A stretch of DNA of 64,000 nt from Candidatus Nanosyncoccus sp. Its GTDB lineage: Bacteria; Patescibacteriota; Saccharimonadia; Saccharimonadales; Saccharimonadaceae. Location: positions 23,202-87,201 of the forward strand of contig JAZUNE010000007.1 in NCBI GenBank assembly GCA_045603985.1, given 5' to 3'. How positions within the stretch are numbered: the stretch's first letter is position 1; every line of letters begins with the position of its first letter. The translations under genes were made by a program, and so were the position numbers. A model generated the notes under the pieces. That model was not told the DNA's origin. It searched no databases and saw only the letters and a program-made list of their open reading frames with translations. Of the stretch, positions 55,626 to 64,000 are shown piece after piece.

Positions 55626-56303
55626 TCCTGCCTGGAAATACATTAAGACATATTCCCAACCCCAGGAAAGGTCAAATCCCGAACTTGTATAGCTATTTAA
55701 CTTAAAATATGGCATTCCATTAGCTAGCTTAGCTGACTTTTCCGCATTCGCTTTAATCTCCTCTAATGGCTCATCATTTTTTACACAGTTTTCGAACTCT
55801 TCTGAGAGCCCTACTTCCTTCCCAATCTCTATCCAATAATCCTTTCCTAACTTCGACATACTCGCTACCGCCGACTTACCTGCTGATTTAAAATAATCAT
55901 TCCATACCGTCGTAACCGCTAAATTATAGTAGTCCCAAAATTTCCCTTGCGACTTCGCACAATACGTCGCAACTGCTGAATATCTTGAGTTAATCGGGTT
56001 CGTTTCTCCGTATTCATACAAAAAATCCGATAACCTTACTTCTAACAAAATATCGTTTTCCTCAATATATTTTTGGAATTCTTCTTCATGTTCAACAATT
56101 GCATTTTCAAACGCAATACAATACGGACAGACTAAATCTGAATATATTATAAAATAATTCTTCGCCTCTAGATTTCCTATCGTCATTTCTGTATCCCAAA
56201 CTCTCTCCGCATTTGACGGCTTACTATTCATACTTGCTACAATTGCCGCAATTAAAACTCCGACTATTAAAACTATTCCAACAATTCTAAGCGCCTTTTT
56301 CAT
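55614..56303 (-). CDS. Membrane-anchored DsbA-like thiol:disulfide oxidoreductase
   Basis: N-terminal TM and thioredoxin-fold CxxC (IIYSDLVCPYCIAFE). About 230 aa, typical of the DsbA/Thioredoxin_4 family. Confidence 0.65.
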   Translation of the reverse strand: MKKALRIVGIVLIVGVLIAAIVASMNSKPSNAERVWDTEMTIGNLEAKNYFIIYSDLVCPYCIAFENAIVEHEEEFQKYIEENDILLEVRLSDFLYEYGETNPINSRYSAVATYCAKSQGKFWDYYNLAVTTVWNDYFKSAGKSAVASMSKLGKDYWIEIGKEVGLSEEFENCVKNDEPLEEIKANAEKSAKLANGMPYFKLNSYTSSGFDLSWGWEYVLMYFQAGLES

Positions 56304-56922
56304 GCTCCTCCTTTTCTCTTTTTCGCTTAGCTATTTTAGCTAAATATTTTTCATTAATTATTATAACATAGGCTTCCTCTCCCAGTCGCTTTAAAGCTAA
56401 AATCGCAACAATAATCGCAAGCCAAGTTACAATCGTAGAAATAGCGCCCGTAACCGCTAGTCCTCCCGTAGAAAATAAAACTCCGATTAGTGGCGTAAGA
56501 AGCGTCGTCCCGCAAGTCGGACATCCTGCCCCTAAAGCAATCAAACCCGTAATAATTCCTGCTTTTTCCAAATTCCCTGCATTTTGTTCTTTTTTCTTAT
56601 TCCATAAAAACACAATCAAACCAATTAAAATGCCTTGTAATATAGATATTGCAAAAATCGGTAACCAATCTAAAAAGACCTGTCCTATCCCAAAAATCGC
56701 CAAAAAACTATCCCCAACAATTCTTAGACCATCCGGAAACCCCAAAGCCCCCATTAATTCAAATTTTGAAAATCCCCCCGCAAGCATATTCATCAAAAAA
56801 CCAAAAAACAAAAAACTCGGTATAAAACCATACCAAAACCGTCGCTCTCTCGTTACGAGCAAAACTCCTCTCGAAGCCAGCACAAACTCATCAACCCACT
56901 TCCTCCAATTCATAATAGCCAT
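56287..56922 (-). CDS. Uncharacterised polytopic membrane protein with an intramembrane CPTC motif
   Basis: 211 aa with about five hydrophobic segments. A single CxxC (GAGCPTCGTTLL) lies at a TM boundary. It overlaps the dsbA-like gene by 17 nt. Confidence 0.5.
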   Translation of the reverse strand: MAIMNWRKWVDEFVLASRGVLLVTRERRFWYGFIPSFLFFGFLMNMLAGGFSKFELMGALGFPDGLRIVGDSFLAIFGIGQVFLDWLPIFAISILQGILIGLIVFLWNKKKEQNAGNLEKAGIITGLIALGAGCPTCGTTLLTPLIGVLFSTGGLAVTGAISTIVTWLAIIVAILALKRLGEEAYVIIINEKYLAKIAKRKREKEEHEKGA

Positions 56923-56953
56923 TATATCATAATGCCAATTCTTTAGTCGAAAA

Positions 56954-58252
56954 TTAAAGCGCTAGTTTATCTGTCTTCCCAGTCTCAAAATCTTTTACTT
57001 CTAATTTTTCGCTTTGCGTCTCCACCTCTCCGATTACTACGCCATATCGCGCCAACTTTGCTGCATACGACATCTTATCCCCAAGCTTTCTTTCGGATAA
57101 TACAACCGTTACCTTATTATTCTTCTCCCTTAATTCATTCGCGACTTTAAACGCATATTCACATTCATTTTCTGAAACCGGAATAACCGCATAATCAATT
57201 AATTTTTCTTCTGTTTCTTCTAATAATTCATTCTCATTTAAAACATAGAATAGCCGCGTTAACCCTATTGACCCTCCGACTCCTGGCAATTTTTGTTCTG
57301 TAAAATATCCCGCCAAATTTTCATACCGGCCCCCTCCACAAACCGAACCAATCTCTCGATATTGCGGTAAAATAAATTCAAACACCGTTCCTGTATAATA
57401 ATCTAAACCTCGGATAATTTTCATATCTGCCGAAATTTCATTTTTTAACCCAACCCCTTCTATTAACCCCATTACCCGATCTAGCTCGTCAACCCCCTCA
57501 TTAAACTCTTTATTATCAATCCCAAGATTAGCCAAATTTTTTATTACGAACGAACGCTCCCCATGTAAATTCATAAACGCAATTATTTTTCTCACATTCT
57601 CTTCGTCTAAACCAATTTCCTCTAAATTTAATTTCGTCTTCTCTGGCGAAACTTTTTCCGAATGGTCAATAATACTATATATATCCCGCGCTTTTTCTTC
57701 TAATCCTAAACTATTTAGTAGACCCGCTAAAATCTTTCGGTTATTTATCCTCGCTAAAACTGGCGTTTTTAAATTAAATTTCTCAAAAGTTTTAATTAAC
57801 GTTATAATTACGTCCGCATCATAGGAAATTGCCAAATTTCCTCGTCCAATAATATCAATATCACATTGATAAAACTCTCTAAATCTACCTTTCTGCGCTC
57901 TTTCACCTCTAAAATCTAAACCGATTTGCGAAACCTTGAAAGGAAAAATTAAATCATTTTCATGTTCAACTACATATCTCGCAAGCGGAACCGTATGGTC
58001 AAACCGCAACGCTTGATCCGCACTTTTCGAATCCTCCGCGGTCTTTATAACTTTATAGATTTGTTTTTCCGTCTCACCGCCCGCTTTTGCTAAAAGAATA
58101 TCCGTCCGTTCAATCGTTGGTGTTTCTACTTCTAAATATCCGTGTTTTTTATAGACCTCCGCAATTTTTGTTTTTAGATTATTAAAAACTGCCTGTTTCG
58201 CAGGTAAAAGTTCCTGCATTCCCGAAATTGGCGAAGTATTTACTTTTTTCAT
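56954..58252 (-). CDS. hisS: Histidine--tRNA ligase
   Basis: Class II motifs (GMQELLP, FRGERAQKGRFREFYQCD, GGGRYENL) and an anticodon-binding C-terminus. The start is set at MKKVNT (58252), 7 nt after TGATATAAT. Confidence 0.93.
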   Translation of the reverse strand: MKKVNTSPISGMQELLPAKQAVFNNLKTKIAEVYKKHGYLEVETPTIERTDILLAKAGGETEKQIYKVIKTAEDSKSADQALRFDHTVPLARYVVEHENDLIFPFKVSQIGLDFRGERAQKGRFREFYQCDIDIIGRGNLAISYDADVIITLIKTFEKFNLKTPVLARINNRKILAGLLNSLGLEEKARDIYSIIDHSEKVSPEKTKLNLEEIGLDEENVRKIIAFMNLHGERSFVIKNLANLGIDNKEFNEGVDELDRVMGLIEGVGLKNEISADMKIIRGLDYYTGTVFEFILPQYREIGSVCGGGRYENLAGYFTEQKLPGVGGSIGLTRLFYVLNENELLEETEEKLIDYAVIPVSENECEYAFKVANELREKNNKVTVVLSERKLGDKMSYAAKLARYGVVIGEVETQSEKLEVKDFETGKTDKLAL

Positions 58253-58259
58253 ACTTTTA

Positions 58260-58283
58260 ATTATATCACAAGTGTGGTATAAT
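58260..58283. promoter_or_regulatory. Back-to-back divergent extended -10 promoters (hisS on minus, tRNA cluster on plus)
   Basis: ATTATATCA (the reverse complement of TGATATAAT) at 58260-58268 and TGGTATAAT at 58275-58283. Confidence 0.65.
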
Positions 58284-58292
58284 AAACACATT

Positions 58293-58368
58293 GGTTCTGT
58301 AGCTCAGTTGGTAGAGCAGAGGCCTGAAGAGCCTTGTGTCGCTGGTTCAAGTCCAGCCGGAACCACCA
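58293..58368 (+). tRNA. tRNA-Phe (GAA), CCA encoded
   Basis: Manual cloverleaf: acceptor GGTTCTG/CGGAACC, D-arm GCTC/GAGC, anticodon loop CTGAAGA, T-arm GCTGG-TTCAAGT-CCAGC, then A plus CCA. Confidence 0.95.
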
Positions 58369-58388
58369 TTAAAAAATAGCGACTTTAT

Positions 58389-58465
58389 GGGCCGGTAGCT
58401 CAGCTGGTTAGAGCACGGGCCTTTTAAGCCCGGTGTCGAGGGTTCGAGCCCCTCCCGGCTCACCA
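58389..58465 (+). tRNA. tRNA-Lys (UUU), CCA encoded
   Basis: Acceptor GGGCCGG/CCGGCTC, anticodon stem CGGGC/GCCCG with loop CTTTTAA, T-arm GAGGG-TTCGAGC-CCCTC. Confidence 0.95.
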
Positions 58466-58482
58466 TATCGTCGCTTTGCCTC

Positions 58483-58559
58483 GGGCGGTTAGCTCAGTTG
58501 GCTAGAGCGTTTCTTTGACGTAGAAAAGGTCAGAGGTTCGAATCCTCTATCGCCCACCA
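58483..58559 (+). tRNA. tRNA-Val (GAC), CCA encoded
   Basis: Acceptor GGGCGGT/ATCGCCC, anticodon stem TTTCT/AGAAA with loop TTGACGT, T-arm AGAGG-TTCGAAT-CCTCT. Confidence 0.93.
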
Positions 58560-58589
58560 AAAAATCTCCTCTTTCGAGGAGACTTTTTG
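58560..58589. terminator. Bidirectional terminator after the tRNA cluster
   Basis: TCTCCTC-TTTC-GAGGAGA hairpin flanked by an A-run and a T-run. Confidence 0.8.
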
Positions 58590-58597
58590 TAGGAAAT

Positions 58598-59026
58598 TTA
58601 TTTCTTCTTTGTATTTTCGGCGATATCGCGTGTGTTGCGCCAAATCATAATAAACATCATTGTCGCTTCATAAATAATCCGAATAATAACTGGACCAAGT
58701 ACAAGCGTTAATATAAACATCAAGAACCCGTATCCGCCGAGCGCGATAAACGAAAATGAGTAAAGCACAATAAAGATAGTCGCAATATAATAAAATACCT
58801 TCAAGATTGGCTCAATCCACATAACTTTAAAGGCAAGAAAATCCTTTAGCCATTTCCAGAACTTCCCCTTTGGCTCAGTTTTCGCTTTCACAAATAAGAA
58901 ATAAACTAGAATACCGCCAACAATCGCCAAAATCGCCGCGATAATGCTCCAAATACCAAAGCCTTCCAAGCCACTACTGCCATAAGAACTATAGGCATAA
59001 CTTGGGTTAGTTAATGTTGTATACAT
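58598..59026 (-). CDS. Small polytopic membrane protein (DUF4282-like)
   Basis: 142 aa with three or four TM segments. The FKVMWIEPILKVFYYIATIF pattern resembles DUF4282, but the family assignment is weak. Confidence 0.4.
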   Translation of the reverse strand: MYTTLTNPSYAYSSYGSSGLEGFGIWSIIAAILAIVGGILVYFLFVKAKTEPKGKFWKWLKDFLAFKVMWIEPILKVFYYIATIFIVLYSFSFIALGGYGFLMFILTLVLGPVIIRIIYEATMMFIMIWRNTRDIAENTKKK

Positions 59027-59097
59027 TGTATAACTCCTTTATTTACTATACCTTAATTCTAGCATAAAAAATTTAAAATTGTAAAGTAATTTTATCA

Positions 59098-60876
59098 TCA
59101 TTTTTCTTCTAAAAATGCCCCGCTTTGTCTCGACCACAATTTTTCATATTCTCCGCCTTGAGCCAATAATTTTTTGTGCGTACCTTGTTCTACAATTCTT
59201 CCATCATCTAATACTACAATCTCGTCTAGCCCGGCAATCGTAGATAATCTATGGGCAACAACAATAGAAGTTCTTCCCTGCATCAAATTAGATAGAGCCC
59301 CCTGTATTAAAGCTTCCGACTCCGAATCTAAAGCCGAAGTCGCTTCGTCTAAAACTAAAATTGGCGCATCTTTTAATATTGCCCGCGCAATTGCAACCCT
59401 CTGCCTCTGTCCACCAGACAATTTTACGCCCCGCTCCCCCACCATCGTGTCATATCCATCCGGCAATTCCGTGATAAACTCATCCGCATTAGCAAGCCGC
59501 GCCGCCTCATGCACCTCTTCAATCGTAGCCCCCGGCTTCCCGTACGCAATATTCTCAAACACACTCCGATGAAATAGTGATGACTCTTGTGGTACATATG
59601 CAATCGCCTCGCGCAAACTCTGTTGCGTCACATCCCGTATATCTTGCCCATCTATATAAATTGCCCCGCCCGTCACATCCGCAAATCTCAATAATAACTT
59701 CGTTAATGTTGTCTTACCAGACCCGCTCACCCCTACTAGCCCGACACTCTGCCCCGGCTTAATTTTCAAAGTAAAATCATTAAATAACGCTGTTTTTTGT
59801 TCATCATGCTGAAAAGAAATATGCGAAAAATCAATCTCCGCTTGTGATATCTTTAATGGTTTATCCGTTTTATCGTCAATAATATATGGCATGTCTAATA
59901 TCTCTACCATCTCCTTCGCATTACCAAACGACCGATTTATAGCTCTTAAAATATGGTTAATTGTCCAAACATTAGACAGAAGCGAATTTGATAAAGAATA
60001 TAAAAATACCATATTTGCTATTGTTAACCCAAACAGATCATGCCCCATTACAATTAATATTAATAATCCAGCAAAAGTTATCATATTTACCACGTTCATC
60101 GATAAATTTCGCCCAAACGACACTTTGGCTACATTAAAAGTCGCCTCTTTTGTTCGTTTCGTCGCTCTCTCAAATCTCGTTTCTTCTAATTTTTCCCGCG
60201 CATATGATTTTACTGAAAGCTCATTCGTAATTGCATCCGCAAGTTGACCCGTCTGTTTATTATCAGCCTCAGCTAACGCTTCGTCCACATATCGCGTCTT
60301 ATAATAAGTTAAAATCGCTACTGCCATATAAATTATTGCATATATGGCTAAGATTCCAGCAAATGGGACACATACCATCGCCGTTACTACAATCGAATAG
60401 ATAACTGTCAGCGCTAAAGGATAAATATCCCAAATAAAATTAGATTTTAAATCAATAAAAGCATTTGGTAATTTATTTGCTTGCGACGTTAAGGAGCCTG
60501 AAAATCGATTTGAATGAAATGTCATTGATTGATTTATTACTGCCCTAAATGCAAGTTGTGATAAATATTCTCCACACTTTGCATCTAAAGACCAATCTAA
60601 CCAATCAATCGCTCGAATTATTGCTAAGTTGTTTACGCCCGCTGATAAAATTGTTAACAATAATATACTCGTATAATTTTGCAACTCAAAATCTCCGCTC
60701 GATAGTTTCCCAATAATTTCCGACGTCCCATACGGAACCACTACGTTAGAAATAAAAATCCAAACCGGCACCAAAATTAACGCTAAAATCGTCCGTATTT
60801 TGTACCGCATCAGCGCTTTCCAAAAATAATATAGCGTCCGCTTTATATTGCCAAGTTTCTTTTTATTTTTACCCAT
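59098..60876 (-). CDS. ABC exporter, fused permease/ATPase (MsbA/type I exporter-like)
   Basis: 592 aa with a six-TM N-terminal domain. Walker A GVSGSGKTT, signature LSGGQRQR, Walker B LVLDEATSALD. Confidence 0.9.
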   Translation of the reverse strand: MGKNKKKLGNIKRTLYYFWKALMRYKIRTILALILVPVWIFISNVVVPYGTSEIIGKLSSGDFELQNYTSILLLTILSAGVNNLAIIRAIDWLDWSLDAKCGEYLSQLAFRAVINQSMTFHSNRFSGSLTSQANKLPNAFIDLKSNFIWDIYPLALTVIYSIVVTAMVCVPFAGILAIYAIIYMAVAILTYYKTRYVDEALAEADNKQTGQLADAITNELSVKSYAREKLEETRFERATKRTKEATFNVAKVSFGRNLSMNVVNMITFAGLLILIVMGHDLFGLTIANMVFLYSLSNSLLSNVWTINHILRAINRSFGNAKEMVEILDMPYIIDDKTDKPLKISQAEIDFSHISFQHDEQKTALFNDFTLKIKPGQSVGLVGVSGSGKTTLTKLLLRFADVTGGAIYIDGQDIRDVTQQSLREAIAYVPQESSLFHRSVFENIAYGKPGATIEEVHEAARLANADEFITELPDGYDTMVGERGVKLSGGQRQRVAIARAILKDAPILVLDEATSALDSESEALIQGALSNLMQGRTSIVVAHRLSTIAGLDEIVVLDDGRIVEQGTHKKLLAQGGEYEKLWSRQSGAFLEEK

Positions 60877-60897
60877 ATATGTTATTATATAATATAT

Positions 60898-62241
60898 ATG
60901 GGTAAATTAGAAGATATCGTAAGCTTATGTAAGCGTCGTGGTTTTATTTTTCCGGGTAGCGACGTTTACGGCGGAATGTCCGGGACTTGGGACTTTGGGC
61001 CCTTAGGTGTTATATTGAAAAAGAAAATCATGGATGAATGGTGGAAGTTTTTTGTTGAAGACCGTGACGAAATTTATGGTATTGATGCCGCTATTATTAT
61101 GAATCCGAAAACCTGGATTGCTTCTGGACACACTGCTACCTTCGCCGATCCTCTCGTCGAATGTAAAGAATGTAAATCTCGTTTCCGTGCCGATAAAATT
61201 GCCGACGGGATTTCTGAATCCGTTACGACCGAAGAATTTTTAAATACTCATACTAAATGTCCAAATTGCGGAAAAGAAAATTGGGGGCCGATTCGTAAAT
61301 TTAATATGATGTTTATGACCCATGTTGGCGCTGTTTTGCCCGATGATGATAAAGAAACTAGTGAAAAGAATATTGCCTATCTTCGACCCGAAACCGCCCA
61401 AGGTATTTTTACGAACTATAAAAATGTTGTTGACACCTTTTATCCAAACTTGCCTTTCGGACTAGCTCAACAAGGTAAGGCTTTCCGCAATGAAATTAGT
61501 CCTCGAGACTTTATCCTTCGCGATCGTGAATGTTCCCAAATGGAAATTGAATATTTTGTCGAACCTGAATCTTGGGAAGAAAATTTTGAGAAAATGCGAA
61601 AATTACAACATGAATTCCTAGAAAATATTATCGGACTTAAACCCGAAAATATTCACGAACTCGAAGTCGGAGAAGAAGATCGTGCGCATTATTCTAAACG
61701 CACTATTGATTTTATGTTTGACTACCCTAACGGCGAAGAAGAATTAATGGGGCTTGCTTATCGTACCGATTTTGATTTAAAAAACATCGAACGCGAATCC
61801 GGAAAGTCTATGGAATATCGCGACAAAGTAACAAATAAAACCTTTGTCCCTCACGTCATCGAACCATCCATCGGCGTCGAACGACTCTTCCTTGCTGTTA
61901 TGGCCACCGCCTTTAGCGAAGACGAGATAAATGACGAAAAACGTATCGTCCTTAAACTCCCCGAAAACTTAGCTCCTTACCGCTTCTGCGTTTCTCCATT
62001 ACTTAAAAATAAACCCGAGCTAGTAGAAAAAGCTAGAGCCGTCTATAAAAAACTCCGCGAAAAATATGGTAATATAACTTGGGATGATTCCGGAAATATC
62101 GGAAAGCGTTATCGAAAACAAGACGAAATCGGTACCCCTAAATGTATCGTTATCGATTTCGAAACCTTAGAAAATGATACGGTTACAATCCGCGACCGCG
62201 ATACAACTAAGCAAATCCGCAGAGGTATTGCTGAACTATAA
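60898..62241 (+). CDS. glyQS: Glycine--tRNA ligase (homodimeric GlyQS type)
   Basis: RRGFIFPGSDVYGG, FRNEISPR and the anticodon-binding C-terminus (YRKQDEIGTP). Confidence 0.95.
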   Translation: MGKLEDIVSLCKRRGFIFPGSDVYGGMSGTWDFGPLGVILKKKIMDEWWKFFVEDRDEIYGIDAAIIMNPKTWIASGHTATFADPLVECKECKSRFRADKIADGISESVTTEEFLNTHTKCPNCGKENWGPIRKFNMMFMTHVGAVLPDDDKETSEKNIAYLRPETAQGIFTNYKNVVDTFYPNLPFGLAQQGKAFRNEISPRDFILRDRECSQMEIEYFVEPESWEENFEKMRKLQHEFLENIIGLKPENIHELEVGEEDRAHYSKRTIDFMFDYPNGEEELMGLAYRTDFDLKNIERESGKSMEYRDKVTNKTFVPHVIEPSIGVERLFLAVMATAFSEDEINDEKRIVLKLPENLAPYRFCVSPLLKNKPELVEKARAVYKKLREKYGNITWDDSGNIGKRYRKQDEIGTPKCIVIDFETLENDTVTIRDRDTTKQIRRGIAEL

Positions 62242-62281
62242 TCCTTATGTTAATATAATAATATAAAAGGAGAAAAACATA

Positions 62282-62827
62282 ATGGCTAAAAAAGCTAAAA
62301 ATAATAATTTGATCATCGGCATCTGCGCCGCCGCTGTCCTAATTATAGTTATAATAGTCGCTATAGTTCTGGCAACTAGGGGAGGTAATGGATTTGGCGG
62401 GCTCAACGATTCCTATTTTGTCTCAGACGGAACTAAATATGTCTTGACTCTAGATGCAGAAGAAATTGCAACTGAAAGTGAAGAATATTCTCCAATAAAA
62501 ACCCATATGGTTTATTTCTACTCCGGAGACGAAATTACAGATATGAAAATTTATTATGAATTCGCCAACGAAGAAACTGCAAAATCTGCTCTAAACTATT
62601 ATAAAGAGTCGCTTGGGAGTGGAGAATATAAAGATATTAGTACTAACGGAAAATATGTCGTTATTACCGCTAACGAATCCGATTACGAAGGCATTACCGC
62701 CTCAGACGTCCAGCAACAAATCGAATTCATGGAAATGTTAAAGAACATGGATTATAGTGAAGACGAAGAAGACATTGAAGTCATTGACGCAACTGATGAA
62801 GAAGACGAGATCTTAGAAGAAGAATAA
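62282..62827 (+). CDS. Hypothetical N-terminally anchored protein with an acidic C-terminal tail
   Basis: 181 aa with one TM (LIIGICAAAVLIIVIIVAIVLA), SD AAAGGAG and an Asp/Glu-rich C-terminus. Confidence 0.5.
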   Translation: MAKKAKNNNLIIGICAAAVLIIVIIVAIVLATRGGNGFGGLNDSYFVSDGTKYVLTLDAEEIATESEEYSPIKTHMVYFYSGDEITDMKIYYEFANEETAKSALNYYKESLGSGEYKDISTNGKYVVITANESDYEGITASDVQQQIEFMEMLKNMDYSEDEEDIEVIDATDEEDEILEEE

Positions 62828-62837
62828 AAATACAATT

Positions 62838-62870
62838 AAAAAAATATCCCCTAAAAGGGGATATTTTTTA
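62838..62870. terminator. Bidirectional terminator between the hypothetical gene and ppa
   Basis: ATATCCCC-TAAAA-GGGGATAT hairpin flanked by an A-run and a T-run. Confidence 0.8.
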
Positions 62871-62879
62871 AACTTCCTG

Positions 62880-63521
62880 TTATTTTGAAGCTTCCTTAAT
62901 TGCCTTCTTCGCCGCATCAATCGTTTCCGAAACTGTATTTTTTGCCTTTTCTACAGCGCCCTCTACACCTTTTTTAATTTTAGCTTCCGGATGAGCCTCT
63001 AAATAACGTTCAATTGAAGCTTTAATAATTTTTTTCGCTGATTTAATATCTTCAAACGCTTTAACTTCTGTAGTTCCCGGTTTTTTTAAATCTTTATAAT
63101 GATTAAAATGATATTCAATCTGCTTCAAAGTTTGCGCCGGCAAATCTTCTAATTTATTATATGCATCTCCATTATTCCGATCATCTTCCGGTACGCAAAT
63201 AATTTTATCGTCAACTTCCCCACCATCTACGAATCTCATCACCCCTAAAATTTTTGCCTTCATCCAAATTCCCGTTGTTAAAGGCTGATCAGTTATCATT
63301 AATACGTCAAGCTCATCACCATCTTCGTCCAAAGTCTGCGGAATAAAACCATAGTTGCACGGTTTTGCAAAAGCCATTGGCTCTACCCGGTCAAGCATAA
63401 AACAAGCGTGTTCCCTATCCCATTCAATTTTATGATTTGATCCAGTCGGAATTTCAATCACGACATTAAGTTCACCTTTTTCATAGTCCCCCGGCGTCAA
63501 AACTTTATTAAAATCGGCCAT
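62880..63521 (-). CDS. ppa: Inorganic pyrophosphatase (family I) with a C-terminal helical extension
   Basis: VVIEIPTGSNHKIEWD, DGDELDVL and VDGGEVDDKII motifs. An extra Lys/Ala/Glu-rich C-terminus of about 45 aa. Confidence 0.9.
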   Translation of the reverse strand: MADFNKVLTPGDYEKGELNVVIEIPTGSNHKIEWDREHACFMLDRVEPMAFAKPCNYGFIPQTLDEDGDELDVLMITDQPLTTGIWMKAKILGVMRFVDGGEVDDKIICVPEDDRNNGDAYNKLEDLPAQTLKQIEYHFNHYKDLKKPGTTEVKAFEDIKSAKKIIKASIERYLEAHPEAKIKKGVEGAVEKAKNTVSETIDAAKKAIKEASK

Positions 63522-63573
63522 AATATCTCCTATTTACTTTTTTATAATTATACCATAAGATTAAAATTTTTCC

Positions 63574-64000
63574 TTAACTATCTACTTTTGCTACCGCCTT
63601 CGCAATCCTTAAACTCAAATTGACCCAATCACTTTCCATTTTTACCCTTCTTATAATATTAAGATCATTTGTTAATATTAACCTTAATACTTTTATTTCG
63701 TTCACACCATATTCTCCTTTTTCGTTTTCATAAAAAGCCGCCTCAAAATCATCCCAACTATATCTTTTTTCTTCCTCTAATTTTTTCCCGTTGACATCTC
63801 TATATAAGTTTATTTCCTCACCCATCGCTCGCACTAAATTTATTAAAAACCACGCCTCAATTAGCTCTAAATTTCCCCCATTATTTAGTCCTCTTAAACT
63901 TTCGTCAACAACTCTAAAATATTCCGGATTATCCGAGCTATCGGCCGCCAGACTGGTTTTTTTCAAAATCATTGCCGCAAGTTCCATCCGACTAAAATCT
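63574..64000 (-). CDS. recO: DNA repair protein RecO, C-terminal part (ORF runs off the window edge)
   Basis: The helical C-terminal region (LELIEAWFLINLVRAMGEEINLY) resembles the RecO C-domain. The frame stays open to position 64000. Confidence 0.45.
   Translation of the reverse strand, partial: DFSRMELAAMILKKTSLAADSSDNPEYFRVVDESLRGLNNGGNLELIEAWFLINLVRAMGEEINLYRDVNGKKLEEEKRYSWDDFEAAFYENEKGEYGVNEIKVLRLILTNDLNIIRRVKMESDWVNLSLRIAKAVAKVDS

Noticed and set aside
1-64000. Alternative genetic code (UGA = Gly or Trp, as in some CPR or mollicute lineages)
   Set aside because: RF2 (which reads UGA) is present and intact. Several conserved genes (prfB, ftsX, rsmA) end at TGA at the expected C-terminus. 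No conserved gene is interrupted by an in-frame TGA.
1-64000. CRISPR arrays, rRNA genes, transposases, prophage or defence-system genes
   Set aside because: No regularly spaced direct repeats, rRNA-like conserved strings or recognisable transposase, integrase, Cas, restriction or toxin motifs were seen in any frame.

Overview
AT-rich, very gene-dense bacterial window, almost all of it core housekeeping. It holds nine aminoacyl-tRNA-synthetase genes (leuS, pheST, metG, serS, hisS, glyQS), a long S10/spc-type ribosomal-protein block (rplC to rplO), secA, prfB, ftsEX, murD, ldh, ppa and three tRNAs. Several features fit a reduced, monoderm, CPR/Patescibacteria-like (Saccharibacteria-like) genome, but this is inference only: no rpmD between rpsE and rplO, Lys-rich tails on many proteins, an LDH, few biosynthetic genes and many orphan membrane or surface proteins. 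TGA is used as a stop codon and RF2 is present, so the standard code 11 applies. All calls rest on reading motifs in the supplied translations and the DNA; no searches were run.

The non-ordinary content is as follows.
1. A family of GC-rich palindromic mini-elements, two of them inserted in frame inside essential or conserved genes (leuS, sbcB). A third lies intergenic and donates the stop codon of a glycosyltransferase. This resembles Rickettsia palindromic elements.
2. A 7-kb insertion of two giant surface-adhesin genes between rplF and rpsH, each with its own promoter and terminator, which splits the spc operon.
3. A self-contained promoter-to-terminator unit of about 166 nt, a candidate sRNA or leader, upstream of an Rpf/YabE-like wall hydrolase.
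4. A GC-rich, stop-poor, hairpin-rich island between dus and murD, which could be a small ORF or a structured RNA.
5. A DsbA-like protein translationally coupled to an uncharacterised CPTC membrane protein.
6. Pervasive leaderless gene starts 6-9 nt downstream of extended -10 boxes, plus consensus promoters that fire antisense into the 3' ends of genes.
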